Origin: a virus
Taxonomy: Duplodnaviria; Caudoviricetes
IMG/VR virus record: IMGVR_UViG_2930438282_000003
Coordinates: 46,358-110,357 of that record
Reading direction: 5' to 3' (one strand)
DNA length: 64,000 nucleotides
Positions within the stretch are counted from its first letter, which is position 1. The number at the start of each line of letters is the position of its first letter. Below the pieces are notes generated by a model that saw nothing but the letters and a program-made list of their open reading frames with translations, did no database searches and was not told the DNA's origin. Made by a program: the position numbers and the translations under genes. Positions 9,416 through 19,411 of the stretch are shown here, one piece after another.

Positions 9416-12400
9416 GTGGCCGTTGAGCCCATTCCGTGCAAGGACGGCGGAGGCGGCACGCCCGTCGACGTCACTACCTGCTGTTCTCCGTCGATCGCCT
9501 CAGCTCCCCTGTGCCGCGCGGATGGGACGGGCGTGCTCCTCGTCGTCCGCTCGGGCTGCGTCGAGTGCGGTCAGGCCGCCGAGGACCCGGCGGTCGTCGG
9601 CTGGATCGATCCGGCAAGCGGCGCGTTCACCGCAGGCCCGGCCCCCGCCGATGCCGGCCCGTGCGAGGCCGGATGCGTCGACACCGTCTGCCGCCAACTG
9701 TGCGACGACACCGATGGCGACGGCCAGGCCGACGCCACCTACTCGGAACTGTGGTGCATCCGCGCAGACGGCTCCGCCGAGCTGGTCCTCACCTACCAGG
9801 ACGACCCGTCCACGCCGTACACGCCCACGGCGCCCGTCGCCTGCACCTACGGCTGCCCCGAGTCCGAGACGGTGACCCTGTGCGACGCAAACGGCCCGTT
9901 CCTGCGCCGGTACAGCTTCCTCAACGGGACCGCCACGTACGAGGACGTCGCCCTCGACGGACAGACCCCGCACGTCGTCACCGGCACCGTCGGCGTCTGT
10001 CCGGCCGCCCCCGAGTGTGAGGCGCAGACGACCCCCGCTGCGACGCTCGGCCTGTGCCTCGCCGACGGCACACCCATCGCCGTGGTGGTCACCCGCGACT
10101 GCGACGGCGCCACGACCCAGGACGGATGGCTCAACCTCACCACCGGCGCCTACTCGGCCGGGGAACCACCGGCCGGAACGATGGCGTGCGGCAATCCGCG
10201 CAGCATCAGCACCACGGGCACCTTCTGCGACATCGACCCCAGCGGCGGGGTCCTCGGCCTGGTGCTGATCGAGTACACCTACGGCGCGGACGGCGCGGTC
10301 GCCGCGGTGCGCCTGGTCGACGCGACCACCGGCCAGACGTACACCCCGCAAGGCGAAGTGACGACGTGTCCGGCCGACGTCGAGCAACCCGAACGGGACC
10401 TCGTCCAGCTCTGCGACACCGCCGCCGACGGCACCGTGACCGCGTTCGTGCGGGACTACGCCCGCGACGAGAACGGCGCCATCACCGGCCACACGGACTA
10501 CTTGCTGGACGGCACCGCCTACACGCCGACCGGCTCTGTCGGCATCTGCCAGTCGGAGACGTGCGGGGCGTGCGAAACGCTGCTCCTGTGCGACGTCGAC
10601 GCCGCGTCCCCGTCCACCCTCGCCGGTACGGCCGCGTCCGGGACACTGGCCAACGGTGTCACCTGGACGTCCACGGGCCCTTCGGCCTTCCCGCCGGGCA
10701 CGCAGGGCGACGGCGCCGCCTGGTGGGGCCCGGCCCTCTTCCCCAACCCGAACGTCCCCCTGACAACGTTCACGTTCGACCAGCCCGTCACGGCCGAGTT
10801 CAGCGTCGTGATGGTCTATTCGACCGGCACCGGAGCCGGGGAGAACACCGTTCAGCTGCCGGCCGGGGCCGTCCCGCTCAGCCTGCCGCCCGGCTACACC
10901 TACAACCGGGCCACCGGCATCCTGCGCGCGGACGCCACCCTCACCGGCTGCACCACCCTCAACACCCCCACCCGCGCGGCCAGCGCACGTTTCCGCGTCA
11001 CGGGAGTGTCCTCCTTCGCGCTCAAGTACCTGGGCACAAGGACCCTCCTCGTCGACTGCCGGCGGTTCGGCAACTGGGTGTTCGGCGCCGTGGACGTCTC
11101 CATCGGCGGGCAGTTCCTGCGCACGGTGTGCCGGGACTGCACCGGGGCCGTCACCTCGACCACGGACACGCTCCTCGACGCGGCAACGCCGTATGCGCCG
11201 GTTGGCACGGTCGGACAGTGCCAGCCGGCACAGGCGTCCGGGGACACAGAGGTTGTCCAGCTGTGCGACCTCCAGTACAGCCCGGCCCCGCCGATCCCCA
11301 CCCCGTCGTCCTCGTTCACGCTCACCGGCTCGGTGCAGCTGCTCGGCGCGGCGCTGGTCTTCTCCGGCGGGAACCAGGCGGTAACTGGCGTCGCCACCAG
11401 GAGCGTCAGCGGCCTGGCGCCGACCGCCAGCTACGACCTGCTCTTCGACGCCGGGTGGAACGGGGTCGGCGCACCACCCGGAGCCGTGGATGCTATCTAC
11501 CGCGTGGAGGTCCTGGACGGCACGACCGTCCTGGCCACCCGGGACCGTAACCTCACCAACGGCAGCACCTCGGCCGGCCACGAGGGCATGGCCGCCCAGG
11601 ACCCGCTGTCGTTCGTCGCGCCAGCATCGGGCACGGTCACCGTGCGGTTCACGGACCTCACCACCGGCGGCGGCATCAACCGCGACCTGTACATCAACAC
11701 GCACACGGTTCAGACGTCCACACTGCAGCTCACCGCCGTGCCGTTCCTGCGTCTCCTCACCTTCCCGGCCGATGGCGGCGCCCCTACTGTCACGGACACC
11801 GGCCTCGACGGGACCACGCCGTACACCCCGGCCGGGACGGTCGGCGTGTGCCCGTCACCGGCAGAGGAGTCGCAGGAGCCCGTTCCGTGCCGGGACACCT
11901 CCAGCACCCTCCTGCGCGACACCGCCACAACCGACCTGATCACCGTCTTCGACCCGGCGAACCGAGCGAGTTCGGATGGGTGGGAGGTCGTCTCGTTTAC
12001 CGGCGCCAACCCGGGCAGTGGACCGCAGGCGGCAATGCCGTACCCGGCCCCGTATGGCACCCCGTTCGGGTATCCGGCGCTCGGCGCCCGCGCCGACCAG
12101 TCCGCGGGCACAGGCAGCGGCGGGCCTTGGAGCACCTACGACGCTGCCCCCGTGCGGTGGGTTCTCCGGAAGACGTTCAACGCCCCGGAGGACGGCGTCG
12201 CAGTCGCCCAGAGCGTGGGCTTCCGCGGCGACGGTGGCGCCCGCGTCCGGATCAACGGCATCGACGCCGGCATGTACGGGCAGTGGAACCAGCCCGCCAC
12301 CAGTGGTACCGCGCAGATCCCCGTGACGGCAGGACCGAACACGGTTGAGATCGAGGTCCGTGACGTCGGCGGGATCAACAACGTCGTAGGCCGCCTCGAC

Positions 12401-15046
12401 ATCCTGCTCCCGCACACCACCCAGTTCATGCGCCGGCAGACCGTGGACTGCGACACCGGCGACGTCATCGCCACGCACGACAGCACCCTCGACGGGCAGC
12501 CGTACACGGTCACGGGTGACGTCGGGCAGTGCGAGCCTGTCGCCGAGTGCTGCGAGCAGCCACCGCCGGAGGCCCGCGTCGATGTCGAGACCGGTCTCCT
12601 GTGCCTGGTCGACGACGCCAGCGGTGACGTCCTCGGCCGCGTCCTGGCCGAGCGGGTCTATGACGACCAGGCAGGCGACCGCATCGAGCAACGGCTTGTC
12701 GACCCGGTCACTGGCGATCCGGTCACCGTCCCGGCCGGGGCGAGCCTCACCGTGTGTCCGGCACCAGAGCACGAGCCGTGTGGGGACACCGAACTCGCCG
12801 AGCTGTGCGACCTGACCTACGACCCGCAGGCCCCGATTCCTACCCCAGCGGGCGACTTCACCCTGACCGGGAACGTGGTCGCCGCCAATGACGGCACAAC
12901 CCTGTGGTTCGCGCAGGCCAACCAGGAGGCCAACGGTGTAGCTGAGCTGACCGTCAGCGGGCTGCTCCCCACCGTCCTATACGAGTTCCGGTTCGCGTCC
13001 GCGTGGATCGGTGCAGGAGCGCCCACCCCGGCCACCAACAACGCCATCTACCTGCTGGAGATCCTCGACGGCACGACGGTGCTCGCCACGAGGACCCGGA
13101 ACACGTCCAACGGGTCGAGCGTGTTCCCGGGCGGGGTGCTGTCCGAGGACCTGCCGCCGCTGGCGTTCATCGCCCCTGCCACTGGCGCGGTCACGATCCG
13201 GTTCACCGACCAGACGACCGGCGGGCCGATCAACGACCGTGACCTGTTCCTGATGCCGTTTGAGGTGCGCACGGCGGTGCTGACCCTCAACAGCACACCG
13301 TTCCTGCGGCGCTTCACCTTCGACTGCAACGGCGGCCTCACCTCGACCCAGGACCTCGCATTGGACGGCACCACGCCGTACGAGGTGCAGGGCGAGGCAG
13401 GCACTTGCGCAGGAGACGGCAGCAGCGGCGTGGCTGCGCCCGGCCCGGACACGGAGGTCGTGCAGCTCTGCGACGTCGCCACGGACGGCACGAGCACCCC
13501 GTTCCTTCGGGCCCTCACGTGGCAGCCAGGCGCAGACACCCCGACCGTCGCAGACACCGCACTCGACGGCGTCACGGCCTACACGCCGGCCGGGACGGTC
13601 GGCCTGTGCCAGGGCGCAGCAGCGGCCGAGGGCCGGGACGTCGAGATCACGCCCATGTGCGTGATCGACGACAACAGCGGCGGCGTGATCCAACGGATCC
13701 TTGCCGAGGTCACCTACGACACCGCCACCGGCGCCCGACTCGGCGTCAACTACGTGGACCCCACCACCTGGGGGCCGGTCGCGTTGCCCGGCGGCACGCA
13801 CCTGGACCTGTGCCCCTCGGAGCAGCCGACGCCGGAGCCGTGCCGCAACTCCAGCACGCTCCTGCTGTGCGACCTGCCCACCGACGGCACCCCAACGGCG
13901 ACCGTCACGGACACCAGCCCCACGCCCTACTACCCGTACGCCACCGGCTCCCCGGTGGCTGGCGCCCAGGCGCTGTGGGACGGCGGCACGCTGGACCTGC
14001 CGCCCGGCACCGGTCCGCAGCCGGGCACCACCGGCAGTGTCAACAGCCTGGCCGCCACCATCGCGGCGCCGCGCCCGGCCTGTGACACCGGCATCGCCCA
14101 CGTCACCGTCTCGCTCACGGTGCAGCAGACCGGCCCGGACGACGGGTGCGGCCCCACCGGCCATCTGCGCCTGTTCAACGGCACCACACAGGCGGCGCTG
14201 ACCGTGCTGCCGGCCAACACCCCGAACGGGTACTTCGGCACCCTCACGGTGGAGGCGGACATCCCGGCCGCCGACCTGGCCGCCGGGAACGTCGCCGTGG
14301 CGCTCGCCCTGGATGCCTACGACGACAGCCCGGCATCGTGCACGCCGAGCCCCCGTCACACCGGCTGGCAGCTCTCCGCGTTCACCATCACCGCGGCGTA
14401 CGACCAGGCTGGATGCGCGGCCCAGGTCCTCGCGAACGTGGTCACGGACTGCGAGAGCAGACAGGTCGAGTCGGTCACGTACACGACGCTGGACGGGGCG
14501 CCCTACACGCCGACCGGCGAGATCGGCCAGTGCCAGAGCGCAGGCGGCGGCTCATGCTGCCCCGAACAAACCTGCCCGGCACAGAACATCATCGAGACGT
14601 GCAGGTGCGACGACACCGACGGCGACGGCATTCCCGACACCGGGTATGTGGAGCTGCTCGCCGTCGACTGTCAGGGCACGCTCACAAGCCTCGGCACCTA
14701 CACCGACGGGCTCACCCACCCGTATACGCCCGTCTCGCCAGTCGCCTGCGATACCGGGGACGAGGGCGCCGACCCGGCCACCGGAGCTCAGGCCCACCGC
14801 CTCGAGCTCGCCGCCGGCCAGTCCTGGGACCTGTCCACCTACGTCCTCGTCCAGTCGGTCACCGCCGTCGCCCACGGAGGCGCGGGAACGGTGTCCACAG
14901 CCGACGGACAAAGCACCCTGCACACCAGCGAGGCGGCCACCTGGAGCCTGGCCCGCGATGTCGACGCCGCCGTGACCGGGCCACTCATCATCACCGCTGA
15001 CACCGGCACAGTCACGATCACTTGGACCCAAGGAGTCACGCTGTAA
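9416..15046 (+). CDS. Giant Cys-rich modular virion protein (1876 aa; fibre/decoration candidate)
   Basis: Repeated LCD...FLR...LDGxxPYxPxGxVGxC modules with inserted domains. GGAGG RBS. Confidence 0.8.
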   Translation: MAVEPIPCKDGGGGTPVDVTTCCSPSIASAPLCRADGTGVLLVVRSGCVECGQAAEDPAVVGWIDPASGAFTAGPAPADAGPCEAGCVDTVCRQLCDDTDGDGQADATYSELWCIRADGSAELVLTYQDDPSTPYTPTAPVACTYGCPESETVTLCDANGPFLRRYSFLNGTATYEDVALDGQTPHVVTGTVGVCPAAPECEAQTTPAATLGLCLADGTPIAVVVTRDCDGATTQDGWLNLTTGAYSAGEPPAGTMACGNPRSISTTGTFCDIDPSGGVLGLVLIEYTYGADGAVAAVRLVDATTGQTYTPQGEVTTCPADVEQPERDLVQLCDTAADGTVTAFVRDYARDENGAITGHTDYLLDGTAYTPTGSVGICQSETCGACETLLLCDVDAASPSTLAGTAASGTLANGVTWTSTGPSAFPPGTQGDGAAWWGPALFPNPNVPLTTFTFDQPVTAEFSVVMVYSTGTGAGENTVQLPAGAVPLSLPPGYTYNRATGILRADATLTGCTTLNTPTRAASARFRVTGVSSFALKYLGTRTLLVDCRRFGNWVFGAVDVSIGGQFLRTVCRDCTGAVTSTTDTLLDAATPYAPVGTVGQCQPAQASGDTEVVQLCDLQYSPAPPIPTPSSSFTLTGSVQLLGAALVFSGGNQAVTGVATRSVSGLAPTASYDLLFDAGWNGVGAPPGAVDAIYRVEVLDGTTVLATRDRNLTNGSTSAGHEGMAAQDPLSFVAPASGTVTVRFTDLTTGGGINRDLYINTHTVQTSTLQLTAVPFLRLLTFPADGGAPTVTDTGLDGTTPYTPAGTVGVCPSPAEESQEPVPCRDTSSTLLRDTATTDLITVFDPANRASSDGWEVVSFTGANPGSGPQAAMPYPAPYGTPFGYPALGARADQSAGTGSGGPWSTYDAAPVRWVLRKTFNAPEDGVAVAQSVGFRGDGGARVRINGIDAGMYGQWNQPATSGTAQIPVTAGPNTVEIEVRDVGGINNVVGRLDILLPHTTQFMRRQTVDCDTGDVIATHDSTLDGQPYTVTGDVGQCEPVAECCEQPPPEARVDVETGLLCLVDDASGDVLGRVLAERVYDDQAGDRIEQRLVDPVTGDPVTVPAGASLTVCPAPEHEPCGDTELAELCDLTYDPQAPIPTPAGDFTLTGNVVAANDGTTLWFAQANQEANGVAELTVSGLLPTVLYEFRFASAWIGAGAPTPATNNAIYLLEILDGTTVLATRTRNTSNGSSVFPGGVLSEDLPPLAFIAPATGAVTIRFTDQTTGGPINDRDLFLMPFEVRTAVLTLNSTPFLRRFTFDCNGGLTSTQDLALDGTTPYEVQGEAGTCAGDGSSGVAAPGPDTEVVQLCDVATDGTSTPFLRALTWQPGADTPTVADTALDGVTAYTPAGTVGLCQGAAAAEGRDVEITPMCVIDDNSGGVIQRILAEVTYDTATGARLGVNYVDPTTWGPVALPGGTHLDLCPSEQPTPEPCRNSSTLLLCDLPTDGTPTATVTDTSPTPYYPYATGSPVAGAQALWDGGTLDLPPGTGPQPGTTGSVNSLAATIAAPRPACDTGIAHVTVSLTVQQTGPDDGCGPTGHLRLFNGTTQAALTVLPANTPNGYFGTLTVEADIPAADLAAGNVAVALALDAYDDSPASCTPSPRHTGWQLSAFTITAAYDQAGCAAQVLANVVTDCESRQVESVTYTTLDGAPYTPTGEIGQCQSAGGGSCCPEQTCPAQNIIETCRCDDTDGDGIPDTGYVELLAVDCQGTLTSLGTYTDGLTHPYTPVSPVACDTGDEGADPATGAQAHRLELAAGQSWDLSTYVLVQSVTAVAHGGAGTVSTADGQSTLHTSEAATWSLARDVDAAVTGPLIITADTGTVTITWTQGVTL

Positions 15047-17832
15047 TGTCCGGTTGCTGCGGGCAGGGGCCCGTCATCGTTTCCGGGGCTGCCGCCACGC
15101 CCCGACTGGATGCAGAGGGCACGCTCCTCTGCGATGTGTTGTCAGACGGCACGGTGGCCGGGGTCGCGCTGGTTGAGGCCCTGTACGACACGGGGAGCGG
15201 CGAGCGTGTCGGCACGCGCACCGTGGATCCGGTCACCGGGGCCGCGTACACGGCCACGGGCACGTTGCAGCCCTGCTCGACGTCTTCGGACTGCGAGTCC
15301 CCGACCACCCCGCTTACCTCGGTCGGGCTGTGCCTGGCCGACGGCACCCCGATCGCCGTCACGGTCATCCGGGACTGCAGCGGTGCGGTGACGTCCGAGG
15401 GCTGGATCAACCTCAGCACCGGGGCATGGTCGACCGGTGCCCCGCCGGCCGGCACCGTGGGTGCCTGCCAGCCGACGCCCCAGCCGGACCGGGAAGTCGT
15501 CTGCTACCGCTCGCCAACGGCGTTCGGCGCGTGCACCAACGTGCAGATCACCGACCTGCCGCAGCCAAAGTTCGCATCCGCGTCCGTCGTCGCGAACCCG
15601 CAGAACTGGCCGGTCAATCAGGCCAACCTCGCCAGCACAATCAACGGCAACGTGTCCGGGGCTGGCGGCCCGAACGCGCCCGAGGGGGTGATCAACTGCG
15701 ACGCTTTCCAAGGGGACACGGGTGTCGTCATTGACTACCTGCTCGCGGCGCCTCGGGACAACGTCACGGCCGTCCGGTTGTGGAACTGCTTCGGCAGCGT
15801 CGTCACCGACAACGACGGCATCGGGTCTGCCACCGTCACCCTGTACGACGAGGCCGGTGCGGTCCTGTTCACGGGCCCCCTGGTTGCATGCCAGTACGTC
15901 ACCAGCAGTGCGTACGCCACACCATGCGTCACCCCGGTCGGGAACCTCGACGGTGTGGCACGTATGCGGCTGGAGAACCTGGCGAAGTTCCCGCCGTCCG
16001 TGGGGACGGTGGCGCCCGATGTCGGCTGGCGTGAGATCGACCTGTTCTCCACCTACGAGGCGACCCTGACCGTGGACTGCGGCGGCGCCCCAGTGTCCGC
16101 ACTCGTCGAGGGCAAACAGCCCGGCCTCACGTACGCCGACGGCAAGCTGACCCAGGTCAACGGGCCGCACACGCTGACGTTCACGGTGCCGGGCGGCGGC
16201 ACTGGCCGGATCATCACCGACAACCCAGCGGCTTTCTCCGCGCTCGACTTCGCGGACGGGTCGGTCATCACCGTGACCGGGGACGGCGCGGTCGACTTCG
16301 CCACCGAGATCGTCTCGGGCGCGGCGACGAAAAGCGGTTACGTCACGTGGGACCCGGTTAACGGCGAACCCACAGTGCGTGACGCGAACAGCGGTGAGAC
16401 CATCGCGGATGCCGAGGTCGTGCCATGCGCATCGACCTGCTGCACCGGCAGCAGCCCGGACGGGGTCACACAGCCAGAGCAGGACGTGATCCAGCTCTGC
16501 GACACCGCCACAGACGGCACCGTGACCTCCTTCGTACGGGACTACGCCCGTGACGAGTCCGGGGCCATCGTCGGTCACAGTGACTACGACCTGGACGGCA
16601 CGGCCTACACCCCAGCCGGAACCGTCGGCATCTGCGGCGGGGACTGCTGCGAGCCCGTCCAAGTCTGCGTCCAGGCCACCGCCACGGAGACGATCGAGTT
16701 CATCTCCAACGAGGCGCAGGTCGATGACGACAGCATCGACACGGTATGGACGTGGACCAACGACGGCGACGCCAGCGGTCCTGCCGCGGCGGCGACCTGG
16801 TACCAGATGTACCGGGCCCGCTACGGGTTCAACCCGGCCGCCTGGTCGGTGGTCGACTCCGCGCCGACCCGTAAGGCCGGCTGGATCTCCCCCCATCCCA
16901 ACGGCGCCACGACCAGCACCGGAGCACCTGGCGAGGGCCCCACGCTGAGCGGCACGCCCGCCAACCCGATGCGCTGGTGGGCGAAGGCGGCGTTCAGCCT
17001 GCCCGCCGCGGCAGACCCGGACTCGATCCGCGTACAGATCACCGTCCTCAACGCCGACCAGATCGCCTCCAGGTTCCGGCTCAACAGCGGCGCGTGGACG
17101 GCCCTCCCGGGCTCGGCCACCTACAACGGCACCCCGTACACGTTCGGTCCGGGCATCGTCGCCGGGGCACAACCGGGAACCAACACCCTGATCTTCGAGG
17201 TGCTGGAGACCGTCGACGACAACCCGGGCAACGGTGCCGGGGTGATGGCGCACTTCATCGTCACTTACGACGTGCCCGGCCTCGGGCAGCGGTCATGGAC
17301 CCGGATGATGTGCTGTGACGGGTCGATCTACTACATCGACGAGTTCGGGGAGCGGCGGGACGAACTACCGCTGTCGTCGGCGGTCGTGCCCTGCGGCAGC
17401 GCTGCGGAGCCGTTGACGCTGTGCGACGACAATGGCGCCTTCCTGCGCCACGTGTCCTACGTCGGGGACCAGGTCCTCACCATGGACACCGACCTGAACG
17501 GGTCGGCGTACGAGGCGACAGGCCGTGTCGGCAACTGTGCGACGGACGGCAGTAGCGCTCGCGGGCCCGTCGACACCGGCATCCGCTCCGTCACCGGCAC
17601 GACAGTCGAGGACCTCACCGCGGAGTTCCCGGACTTGCAGAGCGTCAGCCTGGCTGTCCTCGCAGACACGGTCGACGTGACCATGAGTGACGGGACGAGC
17701 GTGCCGATCCCGGCCGGTGTCACGCTCACCTGGTCCGTCTCGAAGGACACCGACAGCGCACTCGCCGCGGCCTCCTTCGCCGGGGCCGACTCCTCCGCCT
17801 CCTACCTCCTGAACTGGACGTACCTGTCATGA
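15046..17832 (+). CDS. Cys-rich modular virion protein, paralogous to the upstream gene
   Basis: TAATG coupling. Shares near-identical modules with 9416..15046. Confidence 0.8.
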   Translation: MSGCCGQGPVIVSGAAATPRLDAEGTLLCDVLSDGTVAGVALVEALYDTGSGERVGTRTVDPVTGAAYTATGTLQPCSTSSDCESPTTPLTSVGLCLADGTPIAVTVIRDCSGAVTSEGWINLSTGAWSTGAPPAGTVGACQPTPQPDREVVCYRSPTAFGACTNVQITDLPQPKFASASVVANPQNWPVNQANLASTINGNVSGAGGPNAPEGVINCDAFQGDTGVVIDYLLAAPRDNVTAVRLWNCFGSVVTDNDGIGSATVTLYDEAGAVLFTGPLVACQYVTSSAYATPCVTPVGNLDGVARMRLENLAKFPPSVGTVAPDVGWREIDLFSTYEATLTVDCGGAPVSALVEGKQPGLTYADGKLTQVNGPHTLTFTVPGGGTGRIITDNPAAFSALDFADGSVITVTGDGAVDFATEIVSGAATKSGYVTWDPVNGEPTVRDANSGETIADAEVVPCASTCCTGSSPDGVTQPEQDVIQLCDTATDGTVTSFVRDYARDESGAIVGHSDYDLDGTAYTPAGTVGICGGDCCEPVQVCVQATATETIEFISNEAQVDDDSIDTVWTWTNDGDASGPAAAATWYQMYRARYGFNPAAWSVVDSAPTRKAGWISPHPNGATTSTGAPGEGPTLSGTPANPMRWWAKAAFSLPAAADPDSIRVQITVLNADQIASRFRLNSGAWTALPGSATYNGTPYTFGPGIVAGAQPGTNTLIFEVLETVDDNPGNGAGVMAHFIVTYDVPGLGQRSWTRMMCCDGSIYYIDEFGERRDELPLSSAVVPCGSAAEPLTLCDDNGAFLRHVSYVGDQVLTMDTDLNGSAYEATGRVGNCATDGSSARGPVDTGIRSVTGTTVEDLTAEFPDLQSVSLAVLADTVDVTMSDGTSVPIPAGVTLTWSVSKDTDSALAAASFAGADSSASYLLNWTYLS

Positions 17833-18503
17833 GTGGAACCAACGCCGGACTCGGCTCGGCAGCGGGCAGCGCCGCCGTCACGATCGACCCCCAGTCGTGC
17901 AACGCCCTCACGCAGGGGCCCAACGGCCTCCTCGTGCCCGCTACCGCCGTGGAGGGGGTCGCCCCGGGCACAGCGGTCGGAACCGGCCGTTCCGTCGATG
18001 TGGACGTGACCGCGCCGGCCGCCGGGGACTGCCCGCAGGAGTGGCAGGTCGGGGCCCGCCTCACCCCTGCGTTCGGAGAGGAGTTCCTGCCCTCCTTCGT
18101 GGACCTCGTCGCCACGGCAAGCGGGGACTGGATCAACACCGGACTGTCGGTTGTCCTCCCGGAGGCGGGTGTCTACGAGGTCACAGCCGCCGTGCACACG
18201 GTGATCACGACCAACCCGACGAGCGGCTCCTTCAGCATCGGCATCGTGGCCCGCCTGTTCGACGTGACGGCTGGCGGCCCCATCGCGGACACGCTGTACA
18301 CGATCCAGCAGAACGCCAACAACAACCCCACGAGCGCCGTCGCCGACTCCGACATGGGCACCTTCCAGAAGTTCGTCCAGGTCGTCGGGGCTACGACAGT
18401 GCGTCTGGAGGCTGCGCGGATCGACGGCTCCGGGACTCCCATCGCCACCACGGGCGTCCAAGTCCAGACCACCCGTTTGGCCTTCAAGAAGATCGCCGAC
18501 TAG
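17829..18503 (+). CDS. Virion-associated beta-rich protein
   Basis: ATGA overlap. NALTQGPNGLLV segment like the fibre repeats. C-terminal beta-sandwich-like region. Confidence 0.7.
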   Translation: MSGTNAGLGSAAGSAAVTIDPQSCNALTQGPNGLLVPATAVEGVAPGTAVGTGRSVDVDVTAPAAGDCPQEWQVGARLTPAFGEEFLPSFVDLVATASGDWINTGLSVVLPEAGVYEVTAAVHTVITTNPTSGSFSIGIVARLFDVTAGGPIADTLYTIQQNANNNPTSAVADSDMGTFQKFVQVVGATTVRLEAARIDGSGTPIATTGVQVQTTRLAFKKIAD

Positions 18504-18546
18504 CGCGGACCACCCTGCCTCACCCCACGCCGCCCGAGGAGGGCTC

Positions 18547-19031
18547 ATGTCCGGTACCAGCGGGAGCGTTTCAGCAGCGGCTACGGCCCCGACGCCGAGT
18601 ACGAGATCCTGTGCGACGTCGCTGCCAGCGGTGTCAGCACGCCGTTCCTCCGCCACTACACCACCGGCGGATCCGGCGCCCCGTCCGTGTCGGACACAGC
18701 CCTCGACGGCACCACGCCGTACACCGCGACCGGCACGGTCGTCAGGTGCGGCACGAGCCCGAATCCGGCGATCGACAGCAAGGCCGCCCGGCAGACCGGG
18801 GCGGGCACGGTCACGATCGCGGCCGGGGCCCGCTCGGTGACTCTGCTCGTGTTCGCCGGCGCTCCCACCGTGGCGATCGGCGGCGACCCGGCCGTGCCGT
18901 TCCCTGCGGGCTCCTCGGGCACCTGGTCCGTGGACCAGGGCGGCAAGTCGGGCGAGCAGCTCGCGGACGCGTTCGTGTTCACGGGGGTCGCCGGGTCGGA
19001 CTTCCTCGTCCTGTCGACGCGCGAGATCTGA
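18547..19031 (+). pseudogene. Small LCD/PFLR-module protein with a -1 frameshift near 18587 (or sequencing error)
   Basis: GAGGAGG + ATG at 18547, but the module PDAEYEILCD..PFLRHY..LDGTTPY is in the -1 frame. One extra C in GGCCCCGAC would restore it. Confidence 0.65.
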
Positions 19032-19034
19032 CCA

Positions 19035-19340
19035 GTGCCGACCCGAGCCGACTACACCCCGCCGACGACCCGCCTGGAGCGGGCCACCGGCGTGACGGAC
19101 GGCTCGGGCAACGTCACCTTCACCTGGCCGGCCGGGGCGTTCTCGGCGCCGCCCGTCGTCACGATCGGCGTGCAGGGCACGAGCGTGTTCCGCTCGCACT
19201 CCATCACCGCCAACACCGCGACGGCGACCACGGTCAACGTGCTCGCGGCGGCCGGGGTCACGCTCCTCGGCATCGGCGTCCTGGCCGTCGGGGCGCCCGC
19301 GTCTGGGGTCACCGTCCACGCCCACGCCGCCGCCCCCTGA
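19035..19340 (+). CDS. Small beta-rich virion protein (H-type-lectin-like FSAPPVV)
   Basis: GVTDGSGNVTFTWPAGAFSAPPVV, similar to the motif in 39087..39530. Confidence 0.65.
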   Translation: MPTRADYTPPTTRLERATGVTDGSGNVTFTWPAGAFSAPPVVTIGVQGTSVFRSHSITANTATATTVNVLAAAGVTLLGIGVLAVGAPASGVTVHAHAAAP

Positions 19341-19349
19341 CAACACAGC

Positions 19350-19384
19350 AAGACTTCACGACGCCGCTGGTTATGGGCCGGGCG
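19350..19384 (+). promoter_or_regulatory. Late element 2: degenerate -10 AAGACT + cgcc-GCTGGTTATGGGCCG-ggcg
   Basis: Repeated motif, core at 19366. Confidence 0.75.
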
Positions 19385-19411
19385 ACCCCCTTCACCACAA
19401 GGAGCCTGCTC

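Noticed and set aside
7555-17253. Long antisense and alternate-frame ORFs (e.g. 7555..9474, 9500..11704, 15142..17253)
   Set aside because: Expected stop-free shadows of high-GC3 genes, with no motifs.
17897-19411. 5' extension of the 1467-aa ORF
   Set aside because: It overlaps three better genes in other frames. The RBS and motif support ATG 19412.
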